Positions 9,154 through 18,356 of a stretch of 64,000 nt of DNA are shown here, piece after piece (positions within the stretch are counted from its first letter, which is position 1; each line of letters starts with the position of its first letter). This stretch comes from an uncultured Gammaproteobacteria bacterium. Lineage in GTDB: Bacteria > Patescibacteriota > Patescibacteriia > Patescibacteriales > GWE2-39-37. The notes beneath the pieces were generated by a model. The model did no database searches. It was not told the DNA's origin and worked only from the letters and a program-made list of their open reading frames with translations. A program made the position numbers and the translations under genes. The stretch covers positions 132,031 through 196,030 of the forward strand of contig CAYUCS010000003.1 in NCBI GenBank assembly GCA_964443495.1. Direction: 5' to 3'.

Positions 9154-9966
9154 TTATCGTTTAGCGCCGCGATGCATGCGAGCGAATTGGCGCAAGTGGT
9201 CGGCGCCGCTGGCCTCTTCCTCTCTTATGGCTTTGCCGGTCAGGTTAAGGAAGGCGTCCTCAAGCGAGTCGGTGCCGGTCCGGCTTTTCAATTCATCGCT
9301 CGTGCCGCTGGCAATGATCTGCCCTTTGTCGATGATGGCGATGCGTTGGGCGACCCGGTCCGCCTCTTCCATGTAGTGGGTGGTAAAAAATACCGTAACT
9401 CCTTCTTCATGATTCAGCTTCTTGACGTATTTCCACATCTGATTGCGGGTTTGCGGATCGAGTCCGAGTGTCGGTTCGTCCAGGAAGAATATTTTCGGGT
9501 GGTGCAGCAGGCCACGGGCGATTTCCAGGCGCCGCTTCATGCCGCCCGAAAAAGTCTTGACCAAAGAATCCTTCCTGTCCCACAGCTCGGTAATTTTCAA
9601 AAGTTCCTGGATCCGCTCCCGCCTTAGCGTGGCCGGCAGCTTGTAAAGAATGCCATGGAAGTCCATGTTTTCGTAGGCCGTTAACTCTTCGTCGAGACTT
9701 GGGTCCTGGAAGACGATGCCGAACGATTGCCGCGCTTGGTATTGCTGTTTGACCGGATTGAAGCCGTTGAGCATGATTTCGCCGCTAGTCGGAACGAGCA
9801 AAGTAGTCAGCATCTTGATGGTAGTCGATTTGCCGGCTCCGTTGGGACCAAGAAAAGCGAAAATTTCTCCGCGGCTGACTTCGAAGGAGATGTTATCCAC
9901 TGCCGTGAAGTCGTCGAATTTTTTTGTTAGGTTTTTGACCGAAATGGCCGATGTTTGTGTTTGCAT
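9154..9966 (-). CDS. ABC transporter ATP-binding protein (DrrA-like)
   Basis: Start moved to M32 (MQTQTSAISVKNLTKKF). Walker A GPNGAGKST, signature FSGGMKRRLEIA, Walker B IFFLDEPT. Confidence 0.92.
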   Translation of the reverse strand: MQTQTSAISVKNLTKKFDDFTAVDNISFEVSRGEIFAFLGPNGAGKSTTIKMLTTLLVPTSGEIMLNGFNPVKQQYQARQSFGIVFQDPSLDEELTAYENMDFHGILYKLPATLRRERIQELLKITELWDRKDSLVKTFSGGMKRRLEIARGLLHHPKIFFLDEPTLGLDPQTRNQMWKYVKKLNHEEGVTVFFTTHYMEEADRVAQRIAIIDKGQIIASGTSDELKSRTGTDSLEDAFLNLTGKAIREEEASGADHLRQFARMHRGAKR

Positions 9967-10067
9967 ATTTTTAATACTATCAATCGTTTCAATATAGTGC
10001 AATATAATATTTTTACACCAAAAAACAGGGTAAGCCCTGTTTTTTGGTGAATAAAGCAAGGAACAAT

Positions 10068-10556
10068 TTAGATTTTTATAGCAGCGTTCTTTAGCTGTAC
10101 GGTCGGCATCTCTTGGTCTTGCGGCTGGGTCAGGGTATAAATTTCGTCGGCGATATTTTTGGCCATTTCTCCGATGGCGGCGCGCTTTTCCTGGTCTTCT
10201 TCAGTCTCGGCCATTCGCAGCAGGGTTTTGATCTTTAACAGATCGCCAGCCACGGTGTTTATGATGGCTATCTCTTGCCTGAATAGCTGCTTTTGTTCCG
10301 GGGTCGTCTCTTCGCCGGCGATTGCAGCTTCAAGCTCGAGCGCGCGATTGCCCAGGGCCAGCTCAAAAGCCTCGCCGTCGTTTTCGTTTTCTTGGTCATT
10401 TTCCGCGGAGGGGTCCGGTTGCTCAACCTGACCTTTGGGTTTGAAGGCCAGGGCCAAGCCGGTTAACCCCAGTAATTTTATGAAGTTTCTTCGAGTCACT
10501 TTCTTTTTTTCCGCGTTCTCGTTGAACGGCTGATAAGCGTGTTCTTTGAATGGCAT
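10068..10556 (-). CDS. Acidic hypothetical protein with twin-arginine-type signal
   Basis: Start moved to M27 because the longer frame would overlap the LexA-like gene. TRRNFIKLLGLTGLALAF resembles a Tat signal; the rest is Glu/Gln-rich. Confidence 0.5.
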   Translation of the reverse strand: MPFKEHAYQPFNENAEKKKVTRRNFIKLLGLTGLALAFKPKGQVEQPDPSAENDQENENDGEAFELALGNRALELEAAIAGEETTPEQKQLFRQEIAIINTVAGDLLKIKTLLRMAETEEDQEKRAAIGEMAKNIADEIYTLTQPQDQEMPTVQLKNAAIKI

Positions 10557-10569
10557 AATTATTTTTTTA

Positions 10570-11244
10570 TTAAACGAAGTTCGGCCGCTTGATGACTTGG
10601 ATGATCTGGCCATTGACCAGGTATTTATCGGCATCGGAATCGTGGATGTAGATGGGCTGTATCGGCAGGGTTGATTCCGAAACCAGGGCTATCTGCCGGC
10701 GGGCTTTGTCGTAGTAGAACCGCTTGATGTTGGCCGCGTCATCGATTACGGACAGGACATAGTCTCCATTTTGCGGGGTTTTCTGGTGGCTGTCGATAAC
10801 GACGTAGTCTCCGTTCTCGATAGGGCCGCCCGGTGCAGCTTGCGCCTTGTTCATCGAATCGCCCACGGCCTTGATGATGAATAATCCTTCCGCTTTTTTG
10901 CGGCCGGTTACAGTCGGTGAAATCTTGAGATAGCCTTCGATATTTTCCTCGGCGTAGATATCGGCCGGTCCGCAATTGGCAGAGCCCATGATGGGGAGGT
11001 TAAATAAGGGGGCTGTCTTGGACTTGATCGAAGTGGTGGCGGTTATACTGCTGCTTTTCTCGTCCTTGCGGAGAAAACCTTTTTTCTCGAGCTGCTCCAA
11101 GTGGTGTTTGACCTTTTGCGGGTGCGACTCGCCGACTAGCTGGCCAAGCTTGCGCAAGCCGACGGTGCTGATATCGATCTGTTTGGCTAGCTGCAATATT
11201 TTTTGTTGGATGATGTGCATAGTTTTTGTGGTTCTTGAATCCAT
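10570..11244 (-). CDS. LexA-like repressor (wHTH plus S24 peptidase domain)
   Basis: N-terminal HTH. C-terminal S24 domain with catalytic AVGDSM and downstream Lys (NIKRFY). Divergent from a dinB operon. An alternative start is M9 at 11220. Confidence 0.8.
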   Translation of the reverse strand: MDSRTTKTMHIIQQKILQLAKQIDISTVGLRKLGQLVGESHPQKVKHHLEQLEKKGFLRKDEKSSSITATTSIKSKTAPLFNLPIMGSANCGPADIYAEENIEGYLKISPTVTGRKKAEGLFIIKAVGDSMNKAQAAPGGPIENGDYVVIDSHQKTPQNGDYVLSVIDDAANIKRFYYDKARRQIALVSESTLPIQPIYIHDSDADKYLVNGQIIQVIKRPNFV

Positions 11245-11265
11245 TGTAGCAGGTTAGCCAAAATA

Positions 11266-11314
11266 GTCAAGCGTGTTCAAGAAACTTGACACCAGGGCGA
11301 GACCGCGGTAAACT
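11266..11314 (+). promoter_or_regulatory. Promoter with overlapping palindromic half-sites (candidate SOS-type operator)
   Basis: TTGACA (11286-11291), 17 nt, TAAACT (11309-11314). GTCAAG (11266) and TTCAAG (11276) face CTTGAC (11285), and TCAAG-AAA-CTTGA is a perfect 5-3-5 palindrome across the -35. Confidence 0.5.
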
Positions 11315-11342
11315 GAGGGTACTTAATCATTAAAGCACACCT

Positions 11343-11591
11343 ATGCTTGAGCAAGTGCATGAACCGATCGAGGTCTTGGTCAAGTTTTACAAGGCCCAGG
11401 TGTTCCCCTCGTTCTTTAAATGGCGCGAAAAGACCTATAAGGTCGAAAAGGTGAATTTGGTGCATCGTCTGAAAGAGGGCGAGAACAACATTTACTATTT
11501 CAGCGTCAGCGATAATGCCAATTTTTTCCGACTAGCCTTCTTTACGAAGGACTTGTCCTGGAAAATCGAGGAACTTTACCATGAAGCATAG
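11343..11591 (+). CDS. Small hypothetical protein overlapping the dinB start by 11 nt
   Basis: 82-aa ORF between the promoter and dinB. Its stop overlaps the dinB ATG region. No SD and no family recognised. Confidence 0.4.
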   Translation: MLEQVHEPIEVLVKFYKAQVFPSFFKWREKTYKVEKVNLVHRLKEGENNIYYFSVSDNANFFRLAFFTKDLSWKIEELYHEA

Positions 11592-12792
11592 GATCATCGT
11601 CCACTTGGACATGAATTCTTATTTCGCTTCGGTCGAGCAGCAAGCTAACCCGTTCTTGCGCGGAAAATCAGTCGCGGTCTGCGCTTATTTGTCTGACAAT
11701 GGCACGATTATCGCTTCATCAGTAGAGGCCAAGGCCAAGGGCATTAAGACTGGCACGAGGGTCAGTGACGCATTGCGTCTCGACCCCGCGCTGGTATTAG
11801 TCGAAAACGAGCCGGCCAAATATCGTACGGTCACCGAGCGTATCTTTAATATCTTGCGCTCGTACACTGATGCGATGGAGCCATATAGCATTGACGAAGC
11901 CTTTTTGGATCTGACCGGTTGGGTCAAGGATTACGCTGAGGCGGAACAAGTGGCGAAAAAAATCAAAGAACGCATCAAATTGGAGGTGGGTGAATGGCTA
12001 AAATGCTCGGTCGGCATCTCTTGGACTAAGTTTTTGGCCAAGTTTGCGGGTGACACGGCACCAAAAGGTGAAGTCTTGATTATTACCCCAAAGAATCTAG
12101 AGGCCTGCCTGGCTTGCGAAGTTGATCAAGCTTGGGGTATCGGCAAGGCCATGTCTTCCCGTTTGCGGGACTTGGGTATCAGAACCCTTTTGGAGCTGAA
12201 GCGCAGCGACCCCATCAAATTGAAGCAGCGCCTAGGAATTTATGGCTATTATTTATGGTGCCATGCGAATGGCCAAGAAATATCCGTCGTAACCCAAGAT
12301 GCGGCTTTGCCTAAGTCAATCGGCCATTCGTATTGCCTGCCTAAAAAGACGACGGACAAGCAGTATTTGGAAAAAGTGCTGCTCAAGTTGTGCGAAAAGA
12401 CCGGGCGCCGGTTACGCTCGCTCAATCTTGAAGCCCAAGTCAGCCATTTGCGCCTGGCCTGTCTTTATGATAGCCACCTGAACAAGACGACGCGTCAGTC
12501 CAGCGGGATTTTTACCACCAGGGATCTATTTGATCCATTGCGGGAGTTTTTGTCAGGGGCACATCTGACAGTGGCAGTTGTTCAGATGGCCGTGGCGGCA
12601 ACCTCGTTGCGACCGGTTTCCAAACAGCTCGATCTGTTTTCCGAAAAGTTGAAACATAAGGAAGTCAGTTTGGCTATGGATAGGATAAATAATCGCTATG
12701 GCGAGTACACGATAACCAGCGGGCTAATGCTGGGCACCGAGGATTTGGCCAAGGATCGCATCGGCTTCCGCAAGACGATTTCCTTTGCTTGA
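11581..12792 (+). CDS. dinB: DNA polymerase IV (Y-family, DinB)
   Basis: IVHLDMNSYFASVEQ, YSIDEAFLDLTG, and the palm/finger/little-finger order typical of DinB. Confidence 0.93.
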   Translation: MKHRIIVHLDMNSYFASVEQQANPFLRGKSVAVCAYLSDNGTIIASSVEAKAKGIKTGTRVSDALRLDPALVLVENEPAKYRTVTERIFNILRSYTDAMEPYSIDEAFLDLTGWVKDYAEAEQVAKKIKERIKLEVGEWLKCSVGISWTKFLAKFAGDTAPKGEVLIITPKNLEACLACEVDQAWGIGKAMSSRLRDLGIRTLLELKRSDPIKLKQRLGIYGYYLWCHANGQEISVVTQDAALPKSIGHSYCLPKKTTDKQYLEKVLLKLCEKTGRRLRSLNLEAQVSHLRLACLYDSHLNKTTRQSSGIFTTRDLFDPLREFLSGAHLTVAVVQMAVAATSLRPVSKQLDLFSEKLKHKEVSLAMDRINNRYGEYTITSGLMLGTEDLAKDRIGFRKTISFA

Positions 12793-12832
12793 TGAGTGTT
12801 GGTTGCGACCTTGTCTTGCGATGCAGGCTGGC

Positions 12833-12887
12833 AATAAATTAAAAGATTCGCTTTGGAGCGAATCTTTTAATTTATTGGGTTTTTATT
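12833..12887. terminator. Long perfect hairpin, bidirectional terminator
   Basis: 19-bp perfect stem AATAAATTAAAAGATTCGC / GCGAATCTTTTAATTTATT with loop TTTGGA, then GGGTTTTTATTT. It lies between convergent genes. Confidence 0.75.
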
Positions 12888-13645
12888 TCTTGAAGGGTTG
12901 AGCGTTCTTCTAATGCGGAAGATATGATTTTTTCGTCTTGCGAGCGCTCAACAATCAGCTTTTCATTTCCCTCTAGGACTCCGGTGTCGTAGTTATAGTA
13001 GTGTCGCTCGACCACGTCGCGGCTGCCTCCTCTGCGCTCGGTCGGCTTGTAAATAAGGCGGTTGTATTTGAATTGCAGTTTAAACCAAAGCTTGGAAATT
13101 GCGCCACGATGTGTCAGGCGGGTGTCAGTCCAAGGATTTGTTTCTACCATGTAAGTTTTTTTCCCATTGAACTGGGTTATTTTAGCAACAGGGTATTTGT
13201 CATAAAAGATTATGCCAGGCTTTAATTTAGGCTGAGCGAAATATCGATTATGAAAATCCAGCTTCGAGGCCATGCTTTCAAAAAAGGGGTCGCTGTCACC
13301 CTTGAGCGACTTTTTCCAAATGGCGATGTCTTCCTTTGTTAAATCGGCAAAGCCATCTTTATCAAATGTGGTCTGTAAAACGCTCTCTTTTTCAAGGAAG
13401 CCGTTTTTAGCTGCAGGACTGAAGCAAATCTCCCGCGGAAAATTTTCAATATCCGACCCTGAACCGAAGCGTTCGACCGAGTAGACGAGGCAGGAGTTTT
13501 TTGGAAAGGGAAATGGAGTAGCCTCGGCTGCCGTCGGGATCGTCGGCCAATTTATCAAGGCAACAATTCCAAAAGCGGCAAAAATAAAAAGAAGCTTGGA
13601 CCCCGCATTTTCACTGCTAACGAATCGGTAAAGCTTGAAAATCAT
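12872..13645 (-). CDS. Hypothetical exported/anchored protein
   Basis: 257 aa with an N-terminal hydrophobic segment (LLFIFAAFGIVALI). Low GC. No recognisable motif. Confidence 0.55.
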   Translation of the reverse strand: MIFKLYRFVSSENAGSKLLFIFAAFGIVALINWPTIPTAAEATPFPFPKNSCLVYSVERFGSGSDIENFPREICFSPAAKNGFLEKESVLQTTFDKDGFADLTKEDIAIWKKSLKGDSDPFFESMASKLDFHNRYFAQPKLKPGIIFYDKYPVAKITQFNGKKTYMVETNPWTDTRLTHRGAISKLWFKLQFKYNRLIYKPTERRGGSRDVVERHYYNYDTGVLEGNEKLIVERSQDEKIISSALEERSTLQEIKTQ

Positions 13646-13711
13646 GGTTTTATTACAAGCCTTTTGTTCAAGGGCTTGGAGATTGATTAATATTTAACTG
13701 AATACAGCGAA

Positions 13712-14236
13712 TCAAGCTTGCGTTTCCGGCCTTCTGTAAATTGAAAAGTATAAAGATAGGAGCAGGGCTAAAATCAGGCTGGCAAATCCGATGACATATA
13801 CAAATTTAGCGATGACAACGGCATGTTCCAGAAGCCCGAGCGAGGACAGGAGATAATTCCAGTCGTGAATGCTCGCTTCTCCTCCTAACAATGGCAGCTG
13901 CATGGCGATGGCATCGCCGATATAGACTGAAACATTGACCACGCTTTGACCGAACCAGAAAAGAGTCAAGGCACCGGAATAAAATTGGCGGGTTTGGATG
14001 AAGTAGAAAACAAAGCTAAGAGGTGCTAAAATTTGCAGTAAGGTGCCTCCGAGCACGTGGATGAACCCGCCGAAGGCCAAAAAAATGGCGTGCCCGGCTT
14101 CGTGAATTATGAGGTCGACGCCGTCAAAAAAACTCCATTGCTGAGGCGTGAGCTCGCGCAAAAAAAAATATGCGGCGATGGCGATAGCCAGCGCTAAACG
14201 GGCGACGCCTGCCTGTGGCTTGTAGTCATGTTTCAT
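13712..14236 (-). CDS. Small polytopic membrane protein with HExxH motif (putative metallopeptidase-like)
   Basis: About five TM segments. IIHEAGHAIF lies within or next to a TM helix. Confidence 0.55.
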   Translation of the reverse strand: MKHDYKPQAGVARLALAIAIAAYFFLRELTPQQWSFFDGVDLIIHEAGHAIFLAFGGFIHVLGGTLLQILAPLSFVFYFIQTRQFYSGALTLFWFGQSVVNVSVYIGDAIAMQLPLLGGEASIHDWNYLLSSLGLLEHAVVIAKFVYVIGFASLILALLLSLYFSIYRRPETQA

Positions 14237-14359
14237 GGGGCGAGTTAAGCTGATTTAAGTATAAGACAGGGCAACCATTAAGGCAATCGCCGCCAGTGTA
14301 TGTATTTATTTTGAAATATCATATAATAAAGAGGCTAAATCACATAAAACAGACACATC

Positions 14360-15451
14360 ATGCAAACCAAGATAATCACCACCATCGGCCCGAAGTCCGA
14401 ATCGCCCGAGGTTATCCGGAAGATGATGGAGGCGGGCGTCGATATGTTCCGCTTCAACTTTTCCCACACTACCAGCGAGCAATTTTTGAGGGTCTCTAAA
14501 AGCATAAGGAAGATCTCTAAAGAGCTGAAGAAGGATGTCCAAATCATCCAAGATCTCCAGGGTCCGCGTATCCGCGTCGGCAAATTGCCGGCCGAAGGCG
14601 TGTTGCTGGCTGATGGCCAGGAAATCGGCTTCACTATCGGGGCGAACGATTTGCCGAATAAGCTAATCAATATCGATGACAAGAAGCTCTATGAGGATAT
14701 CAAGAAGGGCGATCCGCTATTCCTCACTAACGGCTCGATCGAGCTGGTTGTGACGGCGGTAAAAGGAGACGTGATCTGGTGCCGTGTCATCCAGGGCGGA
14801 TTGCTGACCTCGAGCAAAGGGGTTAATGTTCCTGGTACCAGCCTGAAGCGTGGCGGCTTGACTGAAAAGGATGTGGCCGATGTCAAATTCGCGCTCAAGA
14901 CCAAGCAGATCGACTATGTAGCCTTGTCGTTCGTTCAGGAGGCCGAAGACGTCGTCAAGTTAAGGAATATAATCAAGAAAGAGGCTGGCGAAAAGAATCG
15001 GATCAAGATCATTTCCAAGATCGAGCGCGGCATCGCCTTGAAAGATATCGATCGCATCATCGTCGAATCGGACGTCATCATGTTCGCTCGCGGCGACCTG
15101 GGCATCGAGGTGCCAGTGGAGAATCTGCCGATTATCCAGAAGAACATCGTCCGTCATGCCCACTGGCATAATACGCCCGTAATCATCGCTACCCAGGTAC
15201 TGACATCCATGATAACCAATCAGAATCCGACACGGGCTGAGGTAAGCGACATTTCCAATGCGATTTTCGATCGCGGCGACGCAGTGATGCTTTCGGACGA
15301 GACGGCGGTCGGCGCCCACCCGATCGAAGCGGTGAAGATATTGAAGAAGGTAATCAGACGGACCGAGGAGTATCTGGAAAAGAAGAATTTTTTCGACCCG
15401 GAAATCCAGCGGGGCATGGTCAATAAATATTCAAATCTCAACGTCGGCTAA
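14360..15451 (+). CDS. pyk: Pyruvate kinase, short form lacking the C-terminal regulatory domain
   Basis: TKIITTIGPKS..MMEAGVDMFRFNFSH, ARGDLGIEVP and MLSDETAVG. Only 363 aa, against about 470 aa for canonical PK. Confidence 0.9.
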   Translation: MQTKIITTIGPKSESPEVIRKMMEAGVDMFRFNFSHTTSEQFLRVSKSIRKISKELKKDVQIIQDLQGPRIRVGKLPAEGVLLADGQEIGFTIGANDLPNKLINIDDKKLYEDIKKGDPLFLTNGSIELVVTAVKGDVIWCRVIQGGLLTSSKGVNVPGTSLKRGGLTEKDVADVKFALKTKQIDYVALSFVQEAEDVVKLRNIIKKEAGEKNRIKIISKIERGIALKDIDRIIVESDVIMFARGDLGIEVPVENLPIIQKNIVRHAHWHNTPVIIATQVLTSMITNQNPTRAEVSDISNAIFDRGDAVMLSDETAVGAHPIEAVKILKKVIRRTEEYLEKKNFFDPEIQRGMVNKYSNLNVG

Positions 15452-15470
15452 CCGACGGGCGTTATCATAA

Positions 15471-15513
15471 AAATACCGCGACTCGCTCATCGAGCCGCGG
15501 TATTTTTGTTTTT
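15471..15513. terminator. Hairpin terminator between convergent genes
   Basis: AAATACCGCG ... CGCGGTATTT with an inner ACTCG/CGAG stem, followed by TTGTTTTT. Confidence 0.7.
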
Positions 15514-15520
15514 GGCAGGG

Positions 15521-16180
15521 CTATATGCAACCTTGCCAAGGAACGATGTCTTTGCTTTCCAGCCGTATGTTTCTGAACGGCTTGGCTGACCGATAGGCCA
15601 TAACCGAGGCATTTTTAAAAACGCCTTGATCAAGCTGCCGCATCGCTTCTTCGATCGATAGCGATTGCATGATCTTTTGAAAAAGGATCAGCCAATGACC
15701 GTGCGTCACGACCAGTATCTTTTTGCCTCCGCAATCACGTTGCAGCATATCGAGAAAGCTTTGGATGCGCAGCTCGATGTCCGGCCAGTTTTCGCCGCCA
15801 AGCGGGCGGTAGTGGTACAAGTCCTCTTTTTCCTTCCTTTCGATTTCTTCCGGGAAGCGGAGCTTGACTTGCTCCATTGTCATGGTGTGCCAAATGCCGC
15901 GCTGGCCCTCGTCCAGTCGCGCATCCTCGATTTTGTGCAAATCGGGGCACATGATGTCCAGCGTTTGACGAGCGCGCTCGTAATAGGAGCAGTAGCGCCG
16001 GTCGAAGCTTCCGAAGGTCTGCCGCAGATAGTCGCCGGTCAGGGCGGCTTGTCGTTCACCGCGTGGCGTCAGCGGAAAGCGATAGTTGGCTATCAGCGCC
16101 TGGGCACGTTCATTGACTTCCATGATGTTGCCCTCTGATTCGGCGTGACGGATGAGAACTAGTGTTTCTGGCCACGGCAT
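15521..16180 (-). CDS. Histidine phosphatase family protein (phosphoglycerate mutase-like)
   Basis: LVLIRHAESEGN (RHG motif) and a C-terminal THGHW motif. Confidence 0.85.
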   Translation of the reverse strand: MPWPETLVLIRHAESEGNIMEVNERAQALIANYRFPLTPRGERQAALTGDYLRQTFGSFDRRYCSYYERARQTLDIMCPDLHKIEDARLDEGQRGIWHTMTMEQVKLRFPEEIERKEKEDLYHYRPLGGENWPDIELRIQSFLDMLQRDCGGKKILVVTHGHWLILFQKIMQSLSIEEAMRQLDQGVFKNASVMAYRSAKPFRNIRLESKDIVPWQGCI

Positions 16181-16245
16181 GGCGTTTCCTCCTCGAGTTT
16201 TAATGAGCTGCCTGATAGTTTCATTCTTGCACAGATAAAAATCAT

Positions 16246-16350
16246 TGTATCAACATTAATTCAATAATGAATCAATTATCAATGCAAAACATCAGTATTT
16301 GCTAAAATTTGGGAAAATATTATAATAAAAAATGTATCAATATTAATACA
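16246..16350. promoter_or_regulatory. Repeated TGTATCAAyATTAAT motif in the AT-rich intergenic region upstream of a TrmB-like regulator
   Basis: TGTATCAACATTAAT at 16246-16260. TGTATCAATATTAATACA (near-palindrome) at 16333-16350, just after a TATAAT (16321-16326) and 6 nt before ATG 16356. Confidence 0.4.
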
Positions 16351-16355
16351 ATTAT

Positions 16356-17090
16356 ATGAAAATTGGCAGCCTTTTGGTTAGGCTAGGTTTATCAGAGGAA
16401 GAATCAAAAATATATCTGGCCCTGCTGCATGGCGGCAAGGCTAGCATTTCGGACCTGTCTAAAAGTACCGGCTTGTATCGCCCGATGATCTATAAATTAT
16501 TACCCTCGCTTTACAGCAAACAACTGATCGCGCAGCAGAGAGTGGGAAAGAGAACTTATTATGTAGCCGAAAATCCTGCCCAACTCAAGCTTCTGGTGGG
16601 AAAGCTGTCGGATGATTTGGAGTCTGTCGCCGAGGAGCTGTTTCAGTCTTACCGCAATGGTAAACAACGCCCAGTTATTAAAAATTTTGAAGGCAGAGAA
16701 GGCATTAGGCGAGTTTACGAAGAAATGATGAGTTTGTGCAAGAGGGGAGATGTTGTTTATCGTTACGAATCGCCAAAAAATTATATTAAAAACAAGGAAT
16801 ATTATCCCCGTCTATATTTGGAAAAAGCTGCTGGAGCGCGCGAAAGCATGATAGAAAAATTCGTCATCACCAACGAAAAGACGCACAAGCTTAGACGTGG
16901 TCGGCTGGAAAGATATTCAAAATTCATTCCGGCATCATTTGATCCGTTTGAGTACGACATTACTCAACTTATCTACCATAATCGCGTAGTTTTCATCGAT
17001 TATAAGCGCGAGGCAGCAAATGTGATTGAAAGTACGAGATATGCAGAGCTTCAGCGAAAGCTTTTTAAGCTTTTATTTGATAAATTGTGA
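16356..17090 (+). CDS. TrmB-family transcriptional regulator-like protein
   Basis: N-terminal LGLSEEESKIYLALLHGGKASISDLSKSTGLYRPMIYKLLPSL is the TrmB wHTH signature. Paralog of 19673..20449. Confidence 0.75.
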   Translation: MKIGSLLVRLGLSEEESKIYLALLHGGKASISDLSKSTGLYRPMIYKLLPSLYSKQLIAQQRVGKRTYYVAENPAQLKLLVGKLSDDLESVAEELFQSYRNGKQRPVIKNFEGREGIRRVYEEMMSLCKRGDVVYRYESPKNYIKNKEYYPRLYLEKAAGARESMIEKFVITNEKTHKLRRGRLERYSKFIPASFDPFEYDITQLIYHNRVVFIDYKREAANVIESTRYAELQRKLFKLLFDKL

Positions 17091-17159
17091 CACAAACAAC
17101 GGGGCGTTCATAAGAAAAACCCAACTCTGCGCGAGTCGGGCTCATGACAGCTCAAGGTT

Positions 17160-18119
17160 CTAAGCGTGGCTTAACTTGCCTCCGTAGCTAAGATTTTCGT
17201 TGCGGCGGCTCTCAATAGCTCTGAGCAACAGTTTCCTTTTTGAGGAAGAAAAATTTCTGATACATTCCGGCTGTACGTGAATAATTTTGGATAATTCTTC
17301 ACGAAGTCCGTCCAATTTGAAAACAAGTTGATCGACGCTTGAAAATTTATCCGAGGCTGCGATGAAATCCGCCAAGCCCGTCAATGGACAAGCGATTGCT
17401 TGCGAGTCGTCAATCGCAAAATCAAGCAAGCTGCCGTTATAAATGAACGATCCCACATAAAGCTTTTGAGGATCGAAGTTTTCGGTTTCCGATGCTGCTA
17501 TTTTTCGTCTGCCGTCGGCAAACCATAGCAGCGACTGAAATACAAGATAGAAGACTCCGACAAAAGTCGACAGGGCGGCCACCACTATCGTTTCGTGGGT
17601 GTAACGGCCGATTAGCCCGTATAGTATTCGCTGGGAGAGCCATTCAATGATTATGTTTTTTGATAAATCGTGCGCTGGCTTGGAGGCTCTTGAATAAAGA
17701 GGTCGAAGGCTTGCCTTGTCGTTGCCGGTGGCAATTGTTTTGGCAAGGCTTGAGAGTTCCAGTTGTTTACGTAGTTCGCTTATCTCTCTGTTGTTTGCGG
17801 CAATATCAAAATTACCGGCAGTGTTTTCGGAAGCACTGGTTGTAACAGCGGCGCTTTGGCGGCTGGCCATCTTGTTGGCTGTGTCCTTGGCTCGAATGTT
17901 TAGAATCTGTCCTGGATGTATCAAGTGTGGGTTGCTGCCTATGATTTTTTTGTTGTCAAAATAGAGCGATGAAGTTTTGATTTTGTGAGCGTGAGCAATC
18001 TCACTTAGGCAGTCACCCTTTTTGACTACATACGAGATATTTTCCGCGTCAGCAAAAGCGCCAGCCGGAAAAAGAAAATACACAAACAACATGAAAAAAA
18101 TTACGTATAATGATTTCAT
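17160..18119 (-). CDS. LysM domain protein with signal peptide and internal TM segment
   Basis: Start at M18, with AGGAG upstream. Signal MKSLYVIFFMLFVYFLFPAGAFA. LysM motif YVVKKGDCLSEIA...HPGQILNI. Confidence 0.8.
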   Translation of the reverse strand: MKSLYVIFFMLFVYFLFPAGAFADAENISYVVKKGDCLSEIAHAHKIKTSSLYFDNKKIIGSNPHLIHPGQILNIRAKDTANKMASRQSAAVTTSASENTAGNFDIAANNREISELRKQLELSSLAKTIATGNDKASLRPLYSRASKPAHDLSKNIIIEWLSQRILYGLIGRYTHETIVVAALSTFVGVFYLVFQSLLWFADGRRKIAASETENFDPQKLYVGSFIYNGSLLDFAIDDSQAIACPLTGLADFIAASDKFSSVDQLVFKLDGLREELSKIIHVQPECIRNFSSSKRKLLLRAIESRRNENLSYGGKLSHA

Positions 18120-18304
18120 GGCGATCTCCTTTTCTGTTTTTGGCTTCGTTGGCTTGTGAAATGAGCGCAAAACATAAATTTTGTTATTGTAAAAGTATTA
18201 TTCTTAAATTAAGAAAAAGTTAAATGTCGTAGGGACTTGATTTTTAACCCTCATCAAGGAGAGCTTTTTGCCTGAAAGTCATTGGACTTTGAATTTATTT
18301 GCCA

Positions 18305-18343
18305 GAAAATAAAAAGGCTTGGCCCGTAGTTCGGGCCAAGCCT
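18305..18343 (-). terminator. Strong rho-independent terminator of the 18357 gene
   Basis: AGGCTTGGCCCG-TAGTT-CGGGCCAAGCCT. The minus-strand reading is followed by TTTTTATTTT. Confidence 0.8.
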
Positions 18344-18356
18344 GTTAGTGTCTCGT

